Shown here one piece after another: positions 45,501 through 60,500 of a stretch of DNA of 64,000 bases (the stretch's first letter is position 1; each line of letters starts with the position of its first letter). Location of the stretch: the NCBI GenBank assembly GCA_032718475.1, contig JAUCBJ010007417.1, positions 36,373-100,372 of the forward strand, given 5' to 3'. The notes under the pieces were generated by a model. The model worked only from the letters and a program-made list of their open reading frames with translations, was not told the DNA's origin and did not search any database. Origin of the DNA: Nemertoderma westbladi. Lineage: Eukaryota > Animalia > Xenacoelomorpha. The position numbers and the translations under genes are program-made.

Positions 45501-48500
45501 TCACCAACTGATAGAGGTAGGTAGGTACTGGTGGAAGCCATGGAGTCTGTTTAGTCGTCACCAACTGATAGAGGTAGGTACTGGTGGAAGCCATGGAGTC
45601 TGTTTAGTCGTCACCAACTGATAGAGGTAGGTAGGTACTGATGGAAGCCAAGGAGTCTGTTTAGTCGTCACCAACTGATAGAGGTAGGTACTGGTGGAAG
45701 CCATGGAGTCCGTTTAGTCGTCACCAACTGATAGAGGTAGGTACTGATGGAAGCCAAGGAGTCTGTTAGTCGTCACCAACTGATAGAGGTAGGTACTGAT
45801 GGAAGCCAAGGAGTCTGTTAGTCGTCACCAACTGATAGAGGTAGGTACTGATGGAAGCCAAGGAGTCTGTTTAGTCGTCACCAACTGATAGAGGTAGGTA
45901 CTGGTGGAATCCGTGGAGTCTGTTAGTCGTCACCAACTGATAGAGGTAGGTAGGTACTGATGGAAGCCAAGGAGTCTGTTTAGTCGTCACCAACTGATAG
46001 AGGTAGGTACTGGTGGAAGCCATGGAGTCCGTTTAGTCGTCACCAACTGATAGAGGTAGGTACTGATGGAAGCCAAGGAGTCTGTTTAGTCGTCACCAAC
46101 TGATAGAGGTAGGTACTGGTGGAATCCGTGGAGTCTGTTAGTCGTCACCAACTGATAGAGGTAGGTACTGATGGAAGCCAAGGAGTCTGTTTAGTCGTCA
46201 CCAACTGATAGAGGTAGGTACTGGTGGAATCCGTGGAGTCTGTTAGTCGTCACCAACTGATAGAGGTAGGTACTGGTGGAAGCCATGGAGTCTGTTAGTC
46301 GTCACCAACTGATAGAGGTAGGTACTGGTAGGTACTGGTGAAAGCCAAGGAGTCTATTAGTCGTCACCAACTGATAGAGGTAGGTAGGTACTGGTGGGAG
46401 CCATGGAGTCTGTTAGTCGTCACCAACTGATAGAGGTAGGTACTTGTGGAAGCCAAGGAGTCTGTTAGTCGTCACCAACTGATAGAGGTAGGTAGGTACT
46501 GATGGAAGCCAAGGAGTCTGTTAGTCGTCACCAACTGATAGAGGTAGGTACTGATGGAAGCCAAGGAGTCTGTTTAGTCGTCACCAACTGATAGAGGTAG
46601 GTACTGGTGGAATCCGTGGAGTCTGTTAGTCGTCACCAACTGATAGAGGTAGGTACTGGTGGAAGCCATGGAGTCTGTTAGTCGTCACCAACTGATAGAG
46701 GTAGGTACTGGTAGGTACTGGTGAAAGCCAAGGAGTCTATTAGTCGTCACCAACTGATAGAGGTAGGTAGGTACTGGTGGAAGCCATGGAGTCTGTTAGT
46801 CGTCACCAACTGATAGAGGTAGGTACTGGTGGAAGCCATGGAGTCTGTTTAGTCGTCACCAACTGATAGAGGTAGGTACTGGTGGAAGCCATGGAGTCTG
46901 TTAGTCGTCACCAACTGATAGAGGTAGGTAGGTACTGGTGGAAGCCATGGAGTCTGTTAGTCGTCACCAACTGATAGAGGTAGGTACTGGTGGAAGCCAT
47001 GGAGTCTGTTAGTCGTCAACAACTGATAGAGGTAGGTACTGGTGGAAGACATGGAGTCTGTTAGTCGTCACCAACTGATAGAGGTAGGTACTGGTGGAAG
47101 CCATGGAGTCTGTTAGTCGTCACCAACTGATAGAGGTAGGTACTGGTGGAAGCCATGGAGTCTGTTAGTCGTCACCAACTGATAGAGGTAGGTACTGGTG
47201 GAAGCCATGGAGTCTGTTAGTCGTCACCAACTGATAGAGGTAGGTACTGGTGGAAGCCATGGAGTCTGTTAGTCGTCACCAACTGATAGAGGTAGGTAGG
47301 TACTGGTGGAAGCCATGGAGTCTGTTAGTCGTCACCAACTGATAGAGGTAGGTACTGGTGGAAGCCATGGAGTCTGTTAGTCGTCACCAACTGATAGAGG
47401 TAGGTACTGGTGGAAGCCAAGGAGTCTGTTAGTCGTCACCAACTGATAGAGGTAGGTAGGTACTGGTGGAAGCCATGGAGTCTGTTAGTCGTCACCAACT
47501 GATAGAGGTAGGTAGGTACTGGTGGAAGCCATGGAGTCTGTTAGTCGTCACCAACTGATAGAGGTAGGTACTGATGGAAGCCAAGGAGTCTGTTTAGTCG
47601 TCACCAACTGATAGAGGTAGGTACTGGTGGAAGCCATGGAGTCTTTTAGTCGTCACCAACTGATAGAGGTAGGTAGGTACTGGTGGGAGCCATGGAGTCT
47701 GTTAGTCGTCACCAACTGATAGAGGTAGGTACTGATGGAAGCCAAGGAGTCTGTTAGTCGTCACCAACTGATAGAGGTAGGTACTGATGGAAGCCAAGGA
47801 GTCTGTTTAGTCGTCACCAACTGATAGAGGTAGGTAGGTACTGGTGGAAGCCATGGAGTCTGTTAGTCGTCACCAACTGATAGAGGTAGGTAGGTACTGG
47901 TGGAAGCCATGGAGTCTGTTAGTCGTCACCAACTGATAGAGGTAGGTAGGTACTGGTGGAAGCCAAGGAGTCTGTTTAGTCGTCACCAACTGATAGAGGT
48001 AGGTACTGGTGGAAGCCATGGAGTCTGTTTAGTCGTCAACAACTGATAGAGGTAGGTAGGTACTGGTGGAAGCCATGGAGTCTGTTAGTCGTCACCAACT
48101 GATAGAGGTAGGTAGGTACTGGTGGAAGCCAAGGAGTCTGTTTAGTCGTCACCAACTGATAGAGGTAGGTACTGGTGGAAGCCATGGAGTCTGTTTAGTC
48201 GTCACCAACTGATAGAGGTAGGTAGGTACTGATGGAAGCCAAGGAGTCTGTTTAGTCGTCACCAACTGATAGAGGTAGGTACTGGTGGAAGCCATGGAGT
48301 CCGTTTAGTCGTCACCAACTGATAGAGGTAGGTACTTGTGGAAGCCAAGGAGTCTGTTAGTCGTCACCAACTGATAGAGGTAGGTAGGTACTGGTGGAAG
48401 CCAAGGAGTCTGTTTAGTCGTCACCAACTGATAGAGGTAGGTACTGGTGGAAGCCATGGAGTCCGTTTAGTCGTCACCAACTGATAGAGGTAGGTAGGTA

Positions 48501-51500
48501 CTGATGGAAGCCAAGGAGTCTGTTTAGTCGTCACCAACTGATAGAGGTAGGTAGGTACTGGTGGAAGCCATGGAGTCTGTTTAGTCGTCACCAACTGATA
48601 GAGGTAGGTACTGGTGGAAGCCATGGAGTCTGTTTAGTCGTCACCAACTGATAGAGGTAGGTAGGTACTGATGGAAGCCAAGGAGTCTGTTTAGTCGTCA
48701 CCAACTGATAGAGGTAGGTACTGGTGGAAGCCATGGAGTCCGTTTAGTCGTCACCAACTGATAGAGGTAGGTACTGATGGAAGCCAAGGAGTCTGTTAGT
48801 CGTCACCAACTGATAGAGGTAGGTACTGATGGAAGCCAAGGAGTCTGTTAGTCGTCACCAACTGATAGAGGTAGGTACTGATGGAAGCCAAGGAGTCTGT
48901 TTAGTCGTCACCAACTGATAGAGGTAGGTACTGGTGGAATCCGTGGAGTCTGTTAGTCGTCACCAACTGATAGAGGTAGGTAGGTACTGATGGAAGCCAA
49001 GGAGTCTGTTTAGTCGTCACCAACTGATAGAGGTAGGTACTGGTGGAAGCCATGGAGTCCGTTTAGTCGTCACCAACTGATAGAGGTAGGTACTGATGGA
49101 AGCCAAGGAGTCTGTTTAGTCGTCACCAACTGATAGAGGTAGGTACTGGTGGAATCCGTGGAGTCTGTTAGTCGTCACCAACTGATAGAGGTAGGTACTG
49201 ATGGAAGCCAAGGAGTCTGTTTAGTCGTCACCAACTGATAGAGGTAGGTACTGGTGGAATCCGTGGAGTCTGTTAGTCGTCACCAACTGATAGAGTTAGG
49301 TACTGGTGGAAGCCATGGAGTCTGTTAGTCGTCACCAACTGATAGAGGTAGGTACTGGTAGGTACTGGTGAAAGCCAAGGAGTCTATTAGTCGTCACCAA
49401 CTGATAGAGGTAGGTAGGTACTGGTGGGAGCCATGGAGTCTGTTAGTCGTCACCAACTGATAGAGGTAGGTACTTGTGGAAGCCAAGGAGTCTGTTAGTC
49501 GTCACCAACTGATAGAGGTAGGTAGGTACTGATGGAAGCCAAGGAGTCTGTTAGTCGTCACCAACTGATAGAGGTAGGTACTGATGGAAGCCAAGGAGTC
49601 TGTTTAGTCGTCACCAACTGATAGAGGTAGGTACTGGTGGAATCCGTGGAGTCTGTTAGTCGTCACCAACTGATAGAGGTAGGTACTGGTGGAAGCCATG
49701 GAGTCTGTTAGTCGTCACCAACTGATAGAGGTAGGTACTGGTAGGTACTGGTGAAAGCCAAGGAGTCTATTAGTCGTCACCAACTGATAGAGGTAGGTAG
49801 GTACTGGTGGGAGCCATGGAGTCTGTTAGTCGTCACCAACTGATAGAGGTAGGTACTTGTGGAAGCCAAGGAGTCTGTTAGTCGTCACCAACTGATAGAG
49901 GTAGGTAGGTACTGGTGGAAGCCAAGGAGTCTGTTTAGTCGTCACCAACTGATAGAGGTAGGTACTGGTGGAAGCCATGGAGTCTGTTTAGTCGTCACCA
50001 ACTGATAGAGGTAGGTAGGTACTGATGGAAGCCAAGGAGTCTGTTTAGTCGTCACCAACTGATAGAGGTAGGTAGGTACTGGTGGAAGCCATGGAGTCTG
50101 TTAGTCGTCACCAACTGATAGAGGTAGGTACTGGTGGAAGCCATGGAGTCTGTTTAGTCGTCACCAACTGATAGAGGTAGGTACTGGTGGAAGCCATGGA
50201 GTCTGTTTAGTCGTCACCAACTGATAGAGGTAGGTACTGGTGGAAGCCATGGAGTCTGTTTAGTCGTCACCAACTGATAGAGGTAGGTAGGTACTGGTGG
50301 AAGCCATGGAGTCTGTTAGTCGTCACCAACTGATAGAGGTAGGTACTGGTGGAAGCCAAGGAGTCTGTTTAGTCGTCACCAACTGATAGAGGTAGGTACT
50401 GGTGGAAGCCATGGAGTCTGTTTAGTCGTCACCAACTGATAGAGGTAGGTAGGTACTGGTGGAAGCCATGGAGTCCGTTTAGTCGTCACCAACTGATAGA
50501 GGTAGGTACTGATGGAAGCCAAGGAGTCTGTTAGTCGTCACCAACTGATAGAGGTAGGTACTGATGGAAGCCAAGGAGTCTGTTAGTCGTCACCAACTGA
50601 TAGAGGTAGGTACTGATGGAAGCCAAGGAGTCTGTTTAGTCGTCACCAACTGATAGAGGTAGGTACTGATGGAAGCCAAGGAGTCTGTTAGTCGTCACCA
50701 ACTGATAGAGGTAGGTACTGATGGAAGCCAAGGAGTCTGTTTAGTCGTCACCAACTGATAGAGGTAGGTACTGGTGGAATCCGTGGAGTCTGTTAGTCGT
50801 CACCAACTGATAGAGGTAGGTAGGTACTGATGGAAGCCAAGGAGTCTGTTTAGTCGTCACCAACTGATAGAGGTAGGTACTGGTGGAAGCCATGGAGTCC
50901 GTTTAGTCGTCACCAACTGATAGAGGTAGGTACTGATGGAAGCCAAGGAGTCTGTTTAGTCGTCACCAACTGATAGAGGTAGGTACTGGTGGAATCCGTG
51001 GAGTCTGTTAGTCGTCACCAACTGATAGAGGTAGGTACTGATGGAAGCCAAGGAGTCTGTTTAGTCGTCACCAACTGATAGAGGTAGGTACTGGTGGAAT
51101 CCGTGGAGTCTGTTAGTCGTCACCAACTGATAGAGGTAGGTACTGGTGGAAGCCATGGAGTCTGTTAGTCGTCACCAACTGATAGAGGTAGGTACTGGTA
51201 GGTACTGGTGAAAGCCAAGGAGTCTATTAGTCGTCACCAACTGATAGAGGTAGGTAGGTACTGGTGGGAGCCATGGAGTCTGTTAGTCGTCACCAACTGA
51301 TAGAGGTAGGTACTTGTGGAAGCCAAGGAGTCTGTTAGTCGTCACCAACTGATAGAGGTAGGTAGGTACTGATGGAAGCCAAGGAGTCTGTTAGTCGTCA
51401 CCAACTGATAGAGGTAGGTACTGATGGAAGCCAAGGAGTCTGTTTAGTCGTCACCAACTGATAGAGGTAGGTACTGGTGGAATCCGTGGAGTCTGTTAGT

Positions 51501-54500
51501 CGTCACCAACTGATAGAGGTAGGTACTGGTGGAAGCCATGGAGTCTGTTAGTCGTCACCAACTGATAGAGGTAGGTACTGGTAGGTACTGGTGAAAGCCA
51601 AGGAGTCTATTAGTCGTCACCAACTGATAGAGGTAGGTAGGTACTGGTGGGAGCCATGGAGTCTGTTAGTCGTCACCAACTGATAGAGGTAGGTACTTGT
51701 GGAAGCCATAGGAGTCTGTTAGTCGTCACCAACTGATAGAGGTAGGTAGGTACTGGTGGAAGCCAAGGAGTCTGTTTAGTCGTCACCAACTGATAGAGGT
51801 AGGTACTGGTGGAAGCCATGGAGTCTGTTTAGTCGTCACCAACTGATAGAGGTAGGTAGGTACTGATGGAAGCCAAGGAGTCTGTTTAGTCGTCACCAAC
51901 TGATAGAGGTAGGTAGGTACTGGTGGAAGCCATGGAGTCTGTTAGTCGTCACCAACTGATAGAGGTAGGTACTGGTGGAAGCCATGGAGTCTGTTTAGTC
52001 GTCACCAACTGATAGAGGTAGGTACTGGTGGAAGCCATGGAGTCTGTTTAGTCGTCACCAACTGATAGAGGTAGGTACTGGTGGAAGCCATGGAGTCTGT
52101 TTAGTCGTCACCAACTGATAGAGGTAGGTAGGTACTGGTGGAAGCCATGGAGTCTGTTAGTCGTCACCAACTGATAGAGGTAGGTACTGGTGGAAGCCAA
52201 GGAGTCTGTTTAGTCGTCACCAACTGATAGAGGTAGGTACTGGTGGAAGCCATGGAGTCTGTTTAGTCGTCACCAACTGATAGAGGTAGGTAGGTACTGG
52301 TGGAAGCCATGGAGTCTGTTAGTCGTCACCAACTGATAGAGGTAGGTACTGGTGGAAGCCAAGGAGTCTGTTTAGTCGTCACCAACTGATAGAGGTAGGT
52401 ACTGGTGGAAGCCATGGAGTCTGTTAGTCGTCACCAACTGATGAGGAGGTAGGTACTGGTGGAAGCCATGGAGTCTGTTAGTCGTCACCAACTGATAGAG
52501 GTAGGTACTGGTGGAAGCCATGGAGTCTGTTAGTCGTCACCAACTGATAGAGGTAGGTAGGTACTGGTGGAAGCCATGGAGTCTGTTAGTCGTCACCAAC
52601 TGATAGAGGTAGGTAGGTACTGGTGGAAGCCATGGAGTCTGTTAGTCGTCACCAACTGATAGAGGTAGGTACTGGTGGAAGCCATGGAGTCTGTTAGTCG
52701 TCACCAACTGATAGAGGTAGGTAGGTACTGGTGGAAGCCATGGAGTCTGTTAGTCGTCACCAACTGATAGAGGTAGGTAGGTACTGGTGGAAGCCATGGA
52801 GTCTGTTAGTCGTCACCAACTGATAGAGGTAGGTACTGGTGGAAGCCATGGAGTCTGTTAGTCGTCACCAACTGATGAGAGGTAGGTACTGGTGGAAGCC
52901 ATGGAGTCTGTTAGTCGTCACCAACTGATAGAGGAGGTAGGTACTGGTGGAAGCCATGGAGTCTGTTAGTCGTCACCAACTGATAGAGGTAGGTACTGGT
53001 GGAAGCCATGGAGTCTGTTAGTCGTCACCAACTGATAGAGGTAGGTACTGGTGGAAGCCATGGAGTCTGTTAGTCGTCACCAACTGATAGAGGTAGGTAC
53101 TGGTGGAAGCCATGGAGTCTGTTAGTCGTCACCAACTGATAGAGGTAGGTACTGGTGGAAGCCATGGAGTCTGTTAGTCGTCACCAACTGATAGAGGTAG
53201 GTAGGTACTGGTGGAAGCCATGGAGTCTGTTAGTCGTCACCAACTGATAGAGGTAGGTACTGGTGGAAGCCATGGAGTCTGTTAGTCGTCACCAACTGAT
53301 AGAGGTAGGTACTGGTGGAAGCCATGGAGTCTGTTAGTCGTCACCAACTGATAGAGGTAGGTACTGGTGGAAGCCATGGAGTCTGTTAGTCGTCACCAAC
53401 TGATAGAGGTAGGTAGGACTGGTGGAAGCCATGGAGTCTGTTAGTCGTCACCAACTGATAGAGGTAGGTACTGGTGGAAGCCATGGAGTCTGTTAGTCGT
53501 CACCAACTGATAGAGGTAGGTACTGGTGGAAGCCATGGAGTCTGTTAGTCGTCACCAACTGATAGAGGTAGGTAGGTACTGGTGGAAGCCATGGAGTCTG
53601 TTAGTCGTCACCAACTGATAGAGGTAGGTACTGGTGGAAGCCATGGAGTCTGTTAGTCGTCACCAACTGATAGAGGTAGGTAGGTACTGGTGGAAGCCAT
53701 GGAGTCTGTTAGTCGTCACCAACTGATAGAGGTAGGTACTGGTGGAAGCCATGGAGTCTGTTAGTCGTCACCAACTGATAGAGGTAGGTACTGGTGGAAG
53801 CCATGGAGTCTGTTTAGTCGTCACCAACTGATAGAGGTAGGTACTGGTGGAAGCCATGGAGTCTGTTAGTCGTCACCAACTGATAGAGGTAGGTACTGGT
53901 GGAAGCCATGGAGTCTGTTTAGTCGTCACCAACTGATAGAGGTAGGTACTGGTGGAAGCCATGGAGTCTGTTAGTCGTCACCAACTGATAGAGGTAGGTA
54001 CTGGTGGAAGCCATGGAGTCTGTTAGTCGTCACCAACTGATAGAGGTAGGTAGGTACTGGTGGAAGCCATGGAGTCTGTTAGTCGTCACCAACTGATAGA
54101 GGTAGGTACTGGTGGAAGCCATGGAGTCTGTTAGTCGTCACCAACTGATAGAGGTAGGTACTGGTGGAAGCCATGGAGTCTGTTAGTCGTCACCAACTGA
54201 TAGAGGTAGGTACTGGTGGAAGCCATGGAGTCTGTTAGTCGTCACCAACTGATAGAGGTAGGTACTGGTGGAAGCCATGGAGTCTGTTAGTCGTCACCAA
54301 CTGATAGAGGTAGGTACTGGTGGAAGCCATGGAGTCTGTTAGTCGTCACCAACTGATAGAGGTAGGTAGGTACTGGTGGAAGCCATGGAGTCTGTTAGTC
54401 GTCACCAACTGATAGAGGTAGGTACTGGTGGAAGCCATGGAGTCTGTTAGTCGTCACCAACTGATAGAGGTAGGTACTGGTGGAAGCCATGGAGTCTGTT

Positions 54501-57500
54501 AGTCGTCACCAACTGATAGAGGTAGGTACTGGTGGAAGCCATGGAGTCTGTTAGTCGTCACCAACTGATAGAGGTAGGTACTGGTGGAAGCCATGGAGTC
54601 TGTTAGTCGTCACCAACTGATAGAGGTAGGTACTGGTGGAAGCCATGGAGTCTGTTAGTCGTCACCAACTGATAGAGGTAGGTAGGTACTGGTGGAAGCC
54701 ATGGAGTCTGTTAGTCGTCACCAACTGATAGAGGTAGGTAGGTACTGGTGGAAGCCAAGGAGTCTGTTAGTCGTCACCAACTGATAGAGGTAGGTACTGG
54801 TGGAAGCCATGGAGTCTGTTAGTCGTCACCAACTGATAGAGGTAGGTACTGGTGGAAGCCATGGAGTCTGTTAGTCGTCACCAACTGATAGAGGTAGGTA
54901 CTGGTGGAAGCCATGGAGTCTGTTAGTCGTCACCAACTGATAGAGGTAGGTAGGTACTGGTGGAAGCCATGGAGTCTGTTAGTCGTCACCAACTGATAGA
55001 GGTAGGTAGGTACTGGTGGAAGCCATGGAGTCTGTTAGTCGTCACCAACTGATAGAGGTAGGTACTGGTGGAAGCCATGGAGTCTGTTAGTCGTCACCAA
55101 CTGATAGAGGTAGGTAGGTACTGGTGGAAGCCATGGAGTCTGTTAGTCGTCACCAACTGATAGAGGAGGTAGGTACTGGTGGAAGCCATGGAGTCTGTTA
55201 GTCGTCACCAACTGATAGAGGTAGGTACTGGTGGAAGCCATGGAGTCTGTTAGTCGTCACCAACTGATAGAGGTAGGTACTGGTGGAAGCCATGGAGTCT
55301 GTTAGTCGTCACCAACTGATAGAGGTAGGTAGGTACTGGTGGAAGCCATGGAGTCTGTTAGTCGTCACCAACTGATAGAGGTAGGTAGGTACTGGTGGAA
55401 GCCATGGAGTCTGTTAGTCGTCACCAACTGATAGAGGTAGGTACTGGTGGAAGCCATGGAGTCTGTTAGTCGTCACCAACTGATAGAGGTAGGTACTGGT
55501 GGAAGCCATGGAGTCTGTTAGTCGTCACCAACTGATAGAGGTAGGTACTGGTGGAAGCCATGGAGTCTGTTAGTCGTCACCAACTGATAGAGGTAGGTAG
55601 GACTGGTGGAAGCCATGGAGTCTGTTAGTCGTCACCAACTGATAGAGGTAGGTACTGGTGGAAGCCATGGAGTCTGTTAGTCGTCACCAACTGATAGAGG
55701 TAGGTACTGGTGGAAGCCAAGGAGTCTGTTAGTCGTCACCAACTGATAGAGGTAGGTACTGGTGGAAGCCATGGAGTCTGTTAGTCGTCACCAACTGATA
55801 GAGGTAGGTAGGACTGGTGGAAGCCATGGAGTCTGTTAGTCGTCACCAACTGATAGAGGTAGGTACTGGTGGAAGCCATGGAGTCTGTTAGTCGTCACCA
55901 ACTGATAGAGGTAGGTACTGGTGGAAGCCATGGAGTCTGTTAGTCGTCACCAACTGATAGAGGTAGGTAGGTACTGGTGGAAGCCATGGAGTCTGTTAGT
56001 CGTCACCAACTGATAGAGGTAGGTACTGGTGGAAGCCATGGAGTCTGTTAGTCGTCACCAACTGATAGAGGTAGGTAGGTACTGGTGGAAGCCATGGAGT
56101 CTGTTAGTCGTCACCAACTGATAGAGGTAGGTACTGGTGGAAGCCATGGAGTCTGTTAGTCGTCACCAACTGATAGAGGTAGGTACTGGTGGAAGCCATG
56201 GAGTCTGTTAGTCGTCACCAACTGATAGAGGTAGGTACTGGTGGAAGCCATGGAGTCTGTTAGTCGTCACCAACTGATAGAGGTAGGTACTGGTGGAAGC
56301 CATGGAGTCTGTTAGTCGTCACCAACTGATAGAGGTAGGTACTGGTGGAAGCCATGGAGTCTGTTAGTCGTCACCAACTGATAGAGGTAGGTACTGGTGG
56401 AAGCCATGGAGTCTGTTAGTCGTCACCAACTGATAGAGGTAGGTAGGTACTGGTGGAAGCCATGGAGTCTGTTAGTCGTCACCAACTGATAGAGGAGGTA
56501 GGTACTGGTGGAAGCCATGGAGTCTGTTAGTCGTCACCAACTGATAGAGGTAGGTACTGGTGGAAGCCATGGAGTCTGTTAGTCGTCACCAACTGATAGA
56601 GGTAGGTACTGGTGGAAGCCATGGAGTCTGTTAGTCGTCACCAACTGATAGAGGTAGGTAGCTGGTGGAAGCCATGGAGTCTGTTAGTCGTCACCAACTG
56701 ATAGAGGTAGGTAGGTACTGGTGGAAGCCATGGAGTCTGTTAGTCGTCACCAACTGATAGAGGTAGGTAGGTACTGGTGGAAGCCATGGAGTCTGTTAGT
56801 CGTCACCAACTGATAGAGGTAGGTACTGGTGGAAGCCATGGAGTCTGTTAGTCGTCACCAACTGATAGAGGTAGGTACTGGTGGAAGCCATGGAGTCTGT
56901 TAGTCGTCACCAACTGATAGAGGTAGGTACTGGTGGAAGCCATGGAGTCTGTTAGTCGTCACCAACTGATAGAGGTAGGTACTGGTGGAAGCCATGGAGT
57001 CTGTTAGTCGTCACCAACTGATAGAGGTAGGTACTGGTGGAAGCCATGGAGTCTGTTAGTCGTCACCAACTGATAGAGGTAGGTACTGGTGGAAGCCATG
57101 GAGTCTGTTAGTCGTCACCAACTGATAGAGGTAGGTAGGACTGGTGGAAGCCATGGAGTCTGTTAGTCGTCACCAACTGATAGAGGTAGGTACTGGTGGA
57201 AGCCATGGAGTCTGTTAGTCGTCACCAACTGATAGAGGTAGGTACTGGTGGAAGCCATGGAGTCTGTTAGTCGTCACCAACTGATAGAGGTAGGTACTGG
57301 TGGAAGCCATGGAGTCTGTTAGTCGTCACCAACTGATAGAGGTAGGTAGGACTGGTGGAAGCCATGGAGTCTGTTAGTCGTCACCAACTGATAGAGGTAG
57401 GTACTGGTGGAAGCCATGGAGTCTGTTAGTCGTCACCAACTGATAGAGGTAGGTACTGGTGGAAGCCATGGAGTCTGTTAGTCGTCACCAACTGATAGAG

Positions 57501-60500
57501 GTAGGTAGGTACTGGTGGAAGCCATGGAGTCTGTTAGTCGTCACCAACTGATAGAGGTAGGTACTGGTGGAAGCCATGGAGTCTGTTAGTCGTCACCAAC
57601 TGATAGAGGTAGGTAGGTACTGGTGGAAGCCATGGAGTCTGTTAGTCGTCACCAACTGATAGAGGTAGGTACTGGTGGAAGCCATGGAGTCTGTTAGTCG
57701 TCACCAACTGATAGAGGTAGGTACTGGTGGAAGCCATGGAGTCTGTTAGTCGTCACCAACTGATAGAGGTAGGTACTGGTGGAAGCCATGGAGTCTGTTA
57801 GTCGTCACCAACTGATAGAGGTAGGTACTGGTGGAAGCCATGGAGTCTGTTAGTCGTCACCAACTGATAGAGGTAGGTACTGGTGGAAGCCATGGAGTCT
57901 GTTAGTCGTCACCAACTGATAGAGGTAGGTACTGGTGGAAGCCATGGAGTCTGTTAGTCGTCACCAACTGATAGAGGTAGGTAGGTACTGGTGGAAGCCA
58001 TGGAGTCTGTTAGTCGTCACCAACTGATAGAGGAGGTAGGTACTGGTGGAAGCCATGGAGTCTGTTAGTCGTCACCAACTGATAGAGGTAGGTACTGGTG
58101 GAAGCCATGGAGTCTGTTAGTCGTCACCAACTGATAGAGGTAGGTACTGGTGGAAGCCATGGAGTCTGTTAGTCGTCACCAACTGATAGAGGTAGGTACT
58201 GGTGGAAGCCATGGAGTCTGTTAGTCGTCACCAACTGATAGAGGTAGGTACTGGTGGAAGCCATGGAGTCTGTTAGTCGTCACCAACTGATAGAGGTAGG
58301 TAGGTACTGGTGGAAGCCATGGAGTCTGTTAGTCGTCACCAACTGATAGAGGTAGGTACTGGTGGAAGCCATGGAGTCTGTTAGTCGTCACCAACTGATA
58401 GAGGTAGGTACTGGTGGAAGCCATGGAGTCTGTTAGTCGTCACCAACTGATAGAGGTAGGTAGGTACTGGTGGAAGCCATGGAGTCTGTTAGTCGTCACC
58501 AACTGATAGAGGTAGGTACTGGTGGAAGCCATGGAGTCTGTTAGTCGTCACCAACTGATAGAGGTAGGTACTGGTGGAAGCCATGGAGTCTGTTAGTCGT
58601 CACCAACTGATAGAGGTAGGTACTGGTGGAAGCCATGGAGTCTGTTAGTCGTCACCAACTGATAGAGGTAGGTAGGCTGGTGGAAGCCATGGAGTCTGTT
58701 AGTCGTCACCAACTGATAGAGGTAGGTACTGGTGGAAGCCATGGAGTCTGTTAGTCGTCACCAACTGATAGAGGTAGGTAGGTACTGGTGGAAGCCATGG
58801 AGTCTGTTAGTCGTCACCAACTGATAGAGGTAGGTAGGTACTGGTGGAAGCCATGGAGTCTGTTAGTCGTCACCAACTGATAGAGGTAGGTACTGGTGGA
58901 AGCCATGGAGTCTGTTAGTCGTCACCAACTGATAGAGGTAGGTACTGGTGGAAGCCATGGAGTCTGTTAGTCGTCACCAACTGATAGAGGTAGGTACTGG
59001 TGGAAGCCATGGAGTCTGTTAGTCGTCACCAACTGATAGAGGTAGGTAGGTACTGGTGGAAGCCATGGAGTCTGTTAGTCGTCACCAACTGATGAGGAGG
59101 TAGGTACTGGTGGAAGCCATGGAGTCTGTTAGTCGTCACCAACTGATAGAGGTAGGTACTGGTGGAAGCCATGGAGTCTGTTAGTCGTCACCAACTGATA
59201 GAGGTAGGTACTGGTGGAAGCCATGGAGTCTGTTAGTCGTCACCAACTGATAGAGGTAGGTAGGTACTGGTGGAAGCCATGGAGTCTGTTAGTCGTCACC
59301 AACTGATAGAGGTAGGTACTGGTGGAAGCCATGGAGTCTGTTAGTCGTCACCAACTGATAGAGGTAGGTAGGTACTGGTGGAAGCCATGGAGTCTGTTAG
59401 TCGTCACCAACTGATAGAGGTAGGTACTGGTGGAAGCCATGGAGTCTGTTAGTCGTCACCAACTGATAGAGGTAGGTACTGGTGGAAGCCATGGAGTCTG
59501 TTAGTCGTCACCAACTGATAGAGGTAGGTACTGGTGGAAGCCATGGAGTCTGTTAGTCGTCACCAACTGATAGAGGTAGGTAGGTACTGGTGGAAGCCAT
59601 GGAGTCTGTTAGTCGTCACCAACTGATAGAGGTAGGTAGGTAGTGGTGGAAGCCATGGAGTCTGTTAGTCGTCACCAACTGATAGAGGTAGGTACTGGTG
59701 GAAGCCAAGGAGTCTGTTAGTCGTCACCAACTGATAGAGGTAGGTACTGGTGGAAGCCATGGAGTCTGTTAGTCGTCACCAACTGATAGAGGTAGGTACT
59801 GGTGGAAGCCATGGAGTCTGTTAGTCGTCACCAACTGATAGAGGTAGGTAGGTACTGGTGGAAGCCATGGAGTCTGTTAGTCGTCACCAACTGATAGAGG
59901 TAGGTAGGTACTGGTGGAAGCCATGGAGTCTGTTAGTCGTCACCAACTGATAGAGGTAGGTACTGGTGGAAGCCATGGAGTCTGTTAGTCGTCACCAACT
60001 GATAGAGGTAGGTAGGTACTGGTGGGAGCCATGGAGTCTGTTAGTCGTCACCAACTGATAGAGGCAGGTAGGTACTGGTGGAAGCCAAGGAGTCTGTTAG
60101 TCGTCACCAACTGATAGAGGTAGGTACTGGTGGAAGCCATGGAGTCTGTTAGTCGTCACCAACTGATAGAGGTAGGTACTGGTGGAAGCCATGGAGTCTG
60201 TTAGTCGTCACCAACTGATAGAGGTAGGTAGGTACTGGTGGAAGCCATGGAGTCTGTTAGTCGTCACCAACTGATAGAGGTAGGTAGGTACTGGTGGAAG
60301 CCATGGAGTCTGTTAGTCGTCACCAACTGATAGAGGTAGGTACTGGTGGAAGCCATGGAGTCTGTTAGTCGTCACCAACTGATAGAGGTAGGTACTGGTG
60401 GAAGCCATGGAGTCTGTTAGTCGTCACCAACTGATAGAGGTAGGTACTGGTGGAAGCCATGGAGTCTGTTAGTCGTCACCAACTGATAGAGGTAGGTAGG

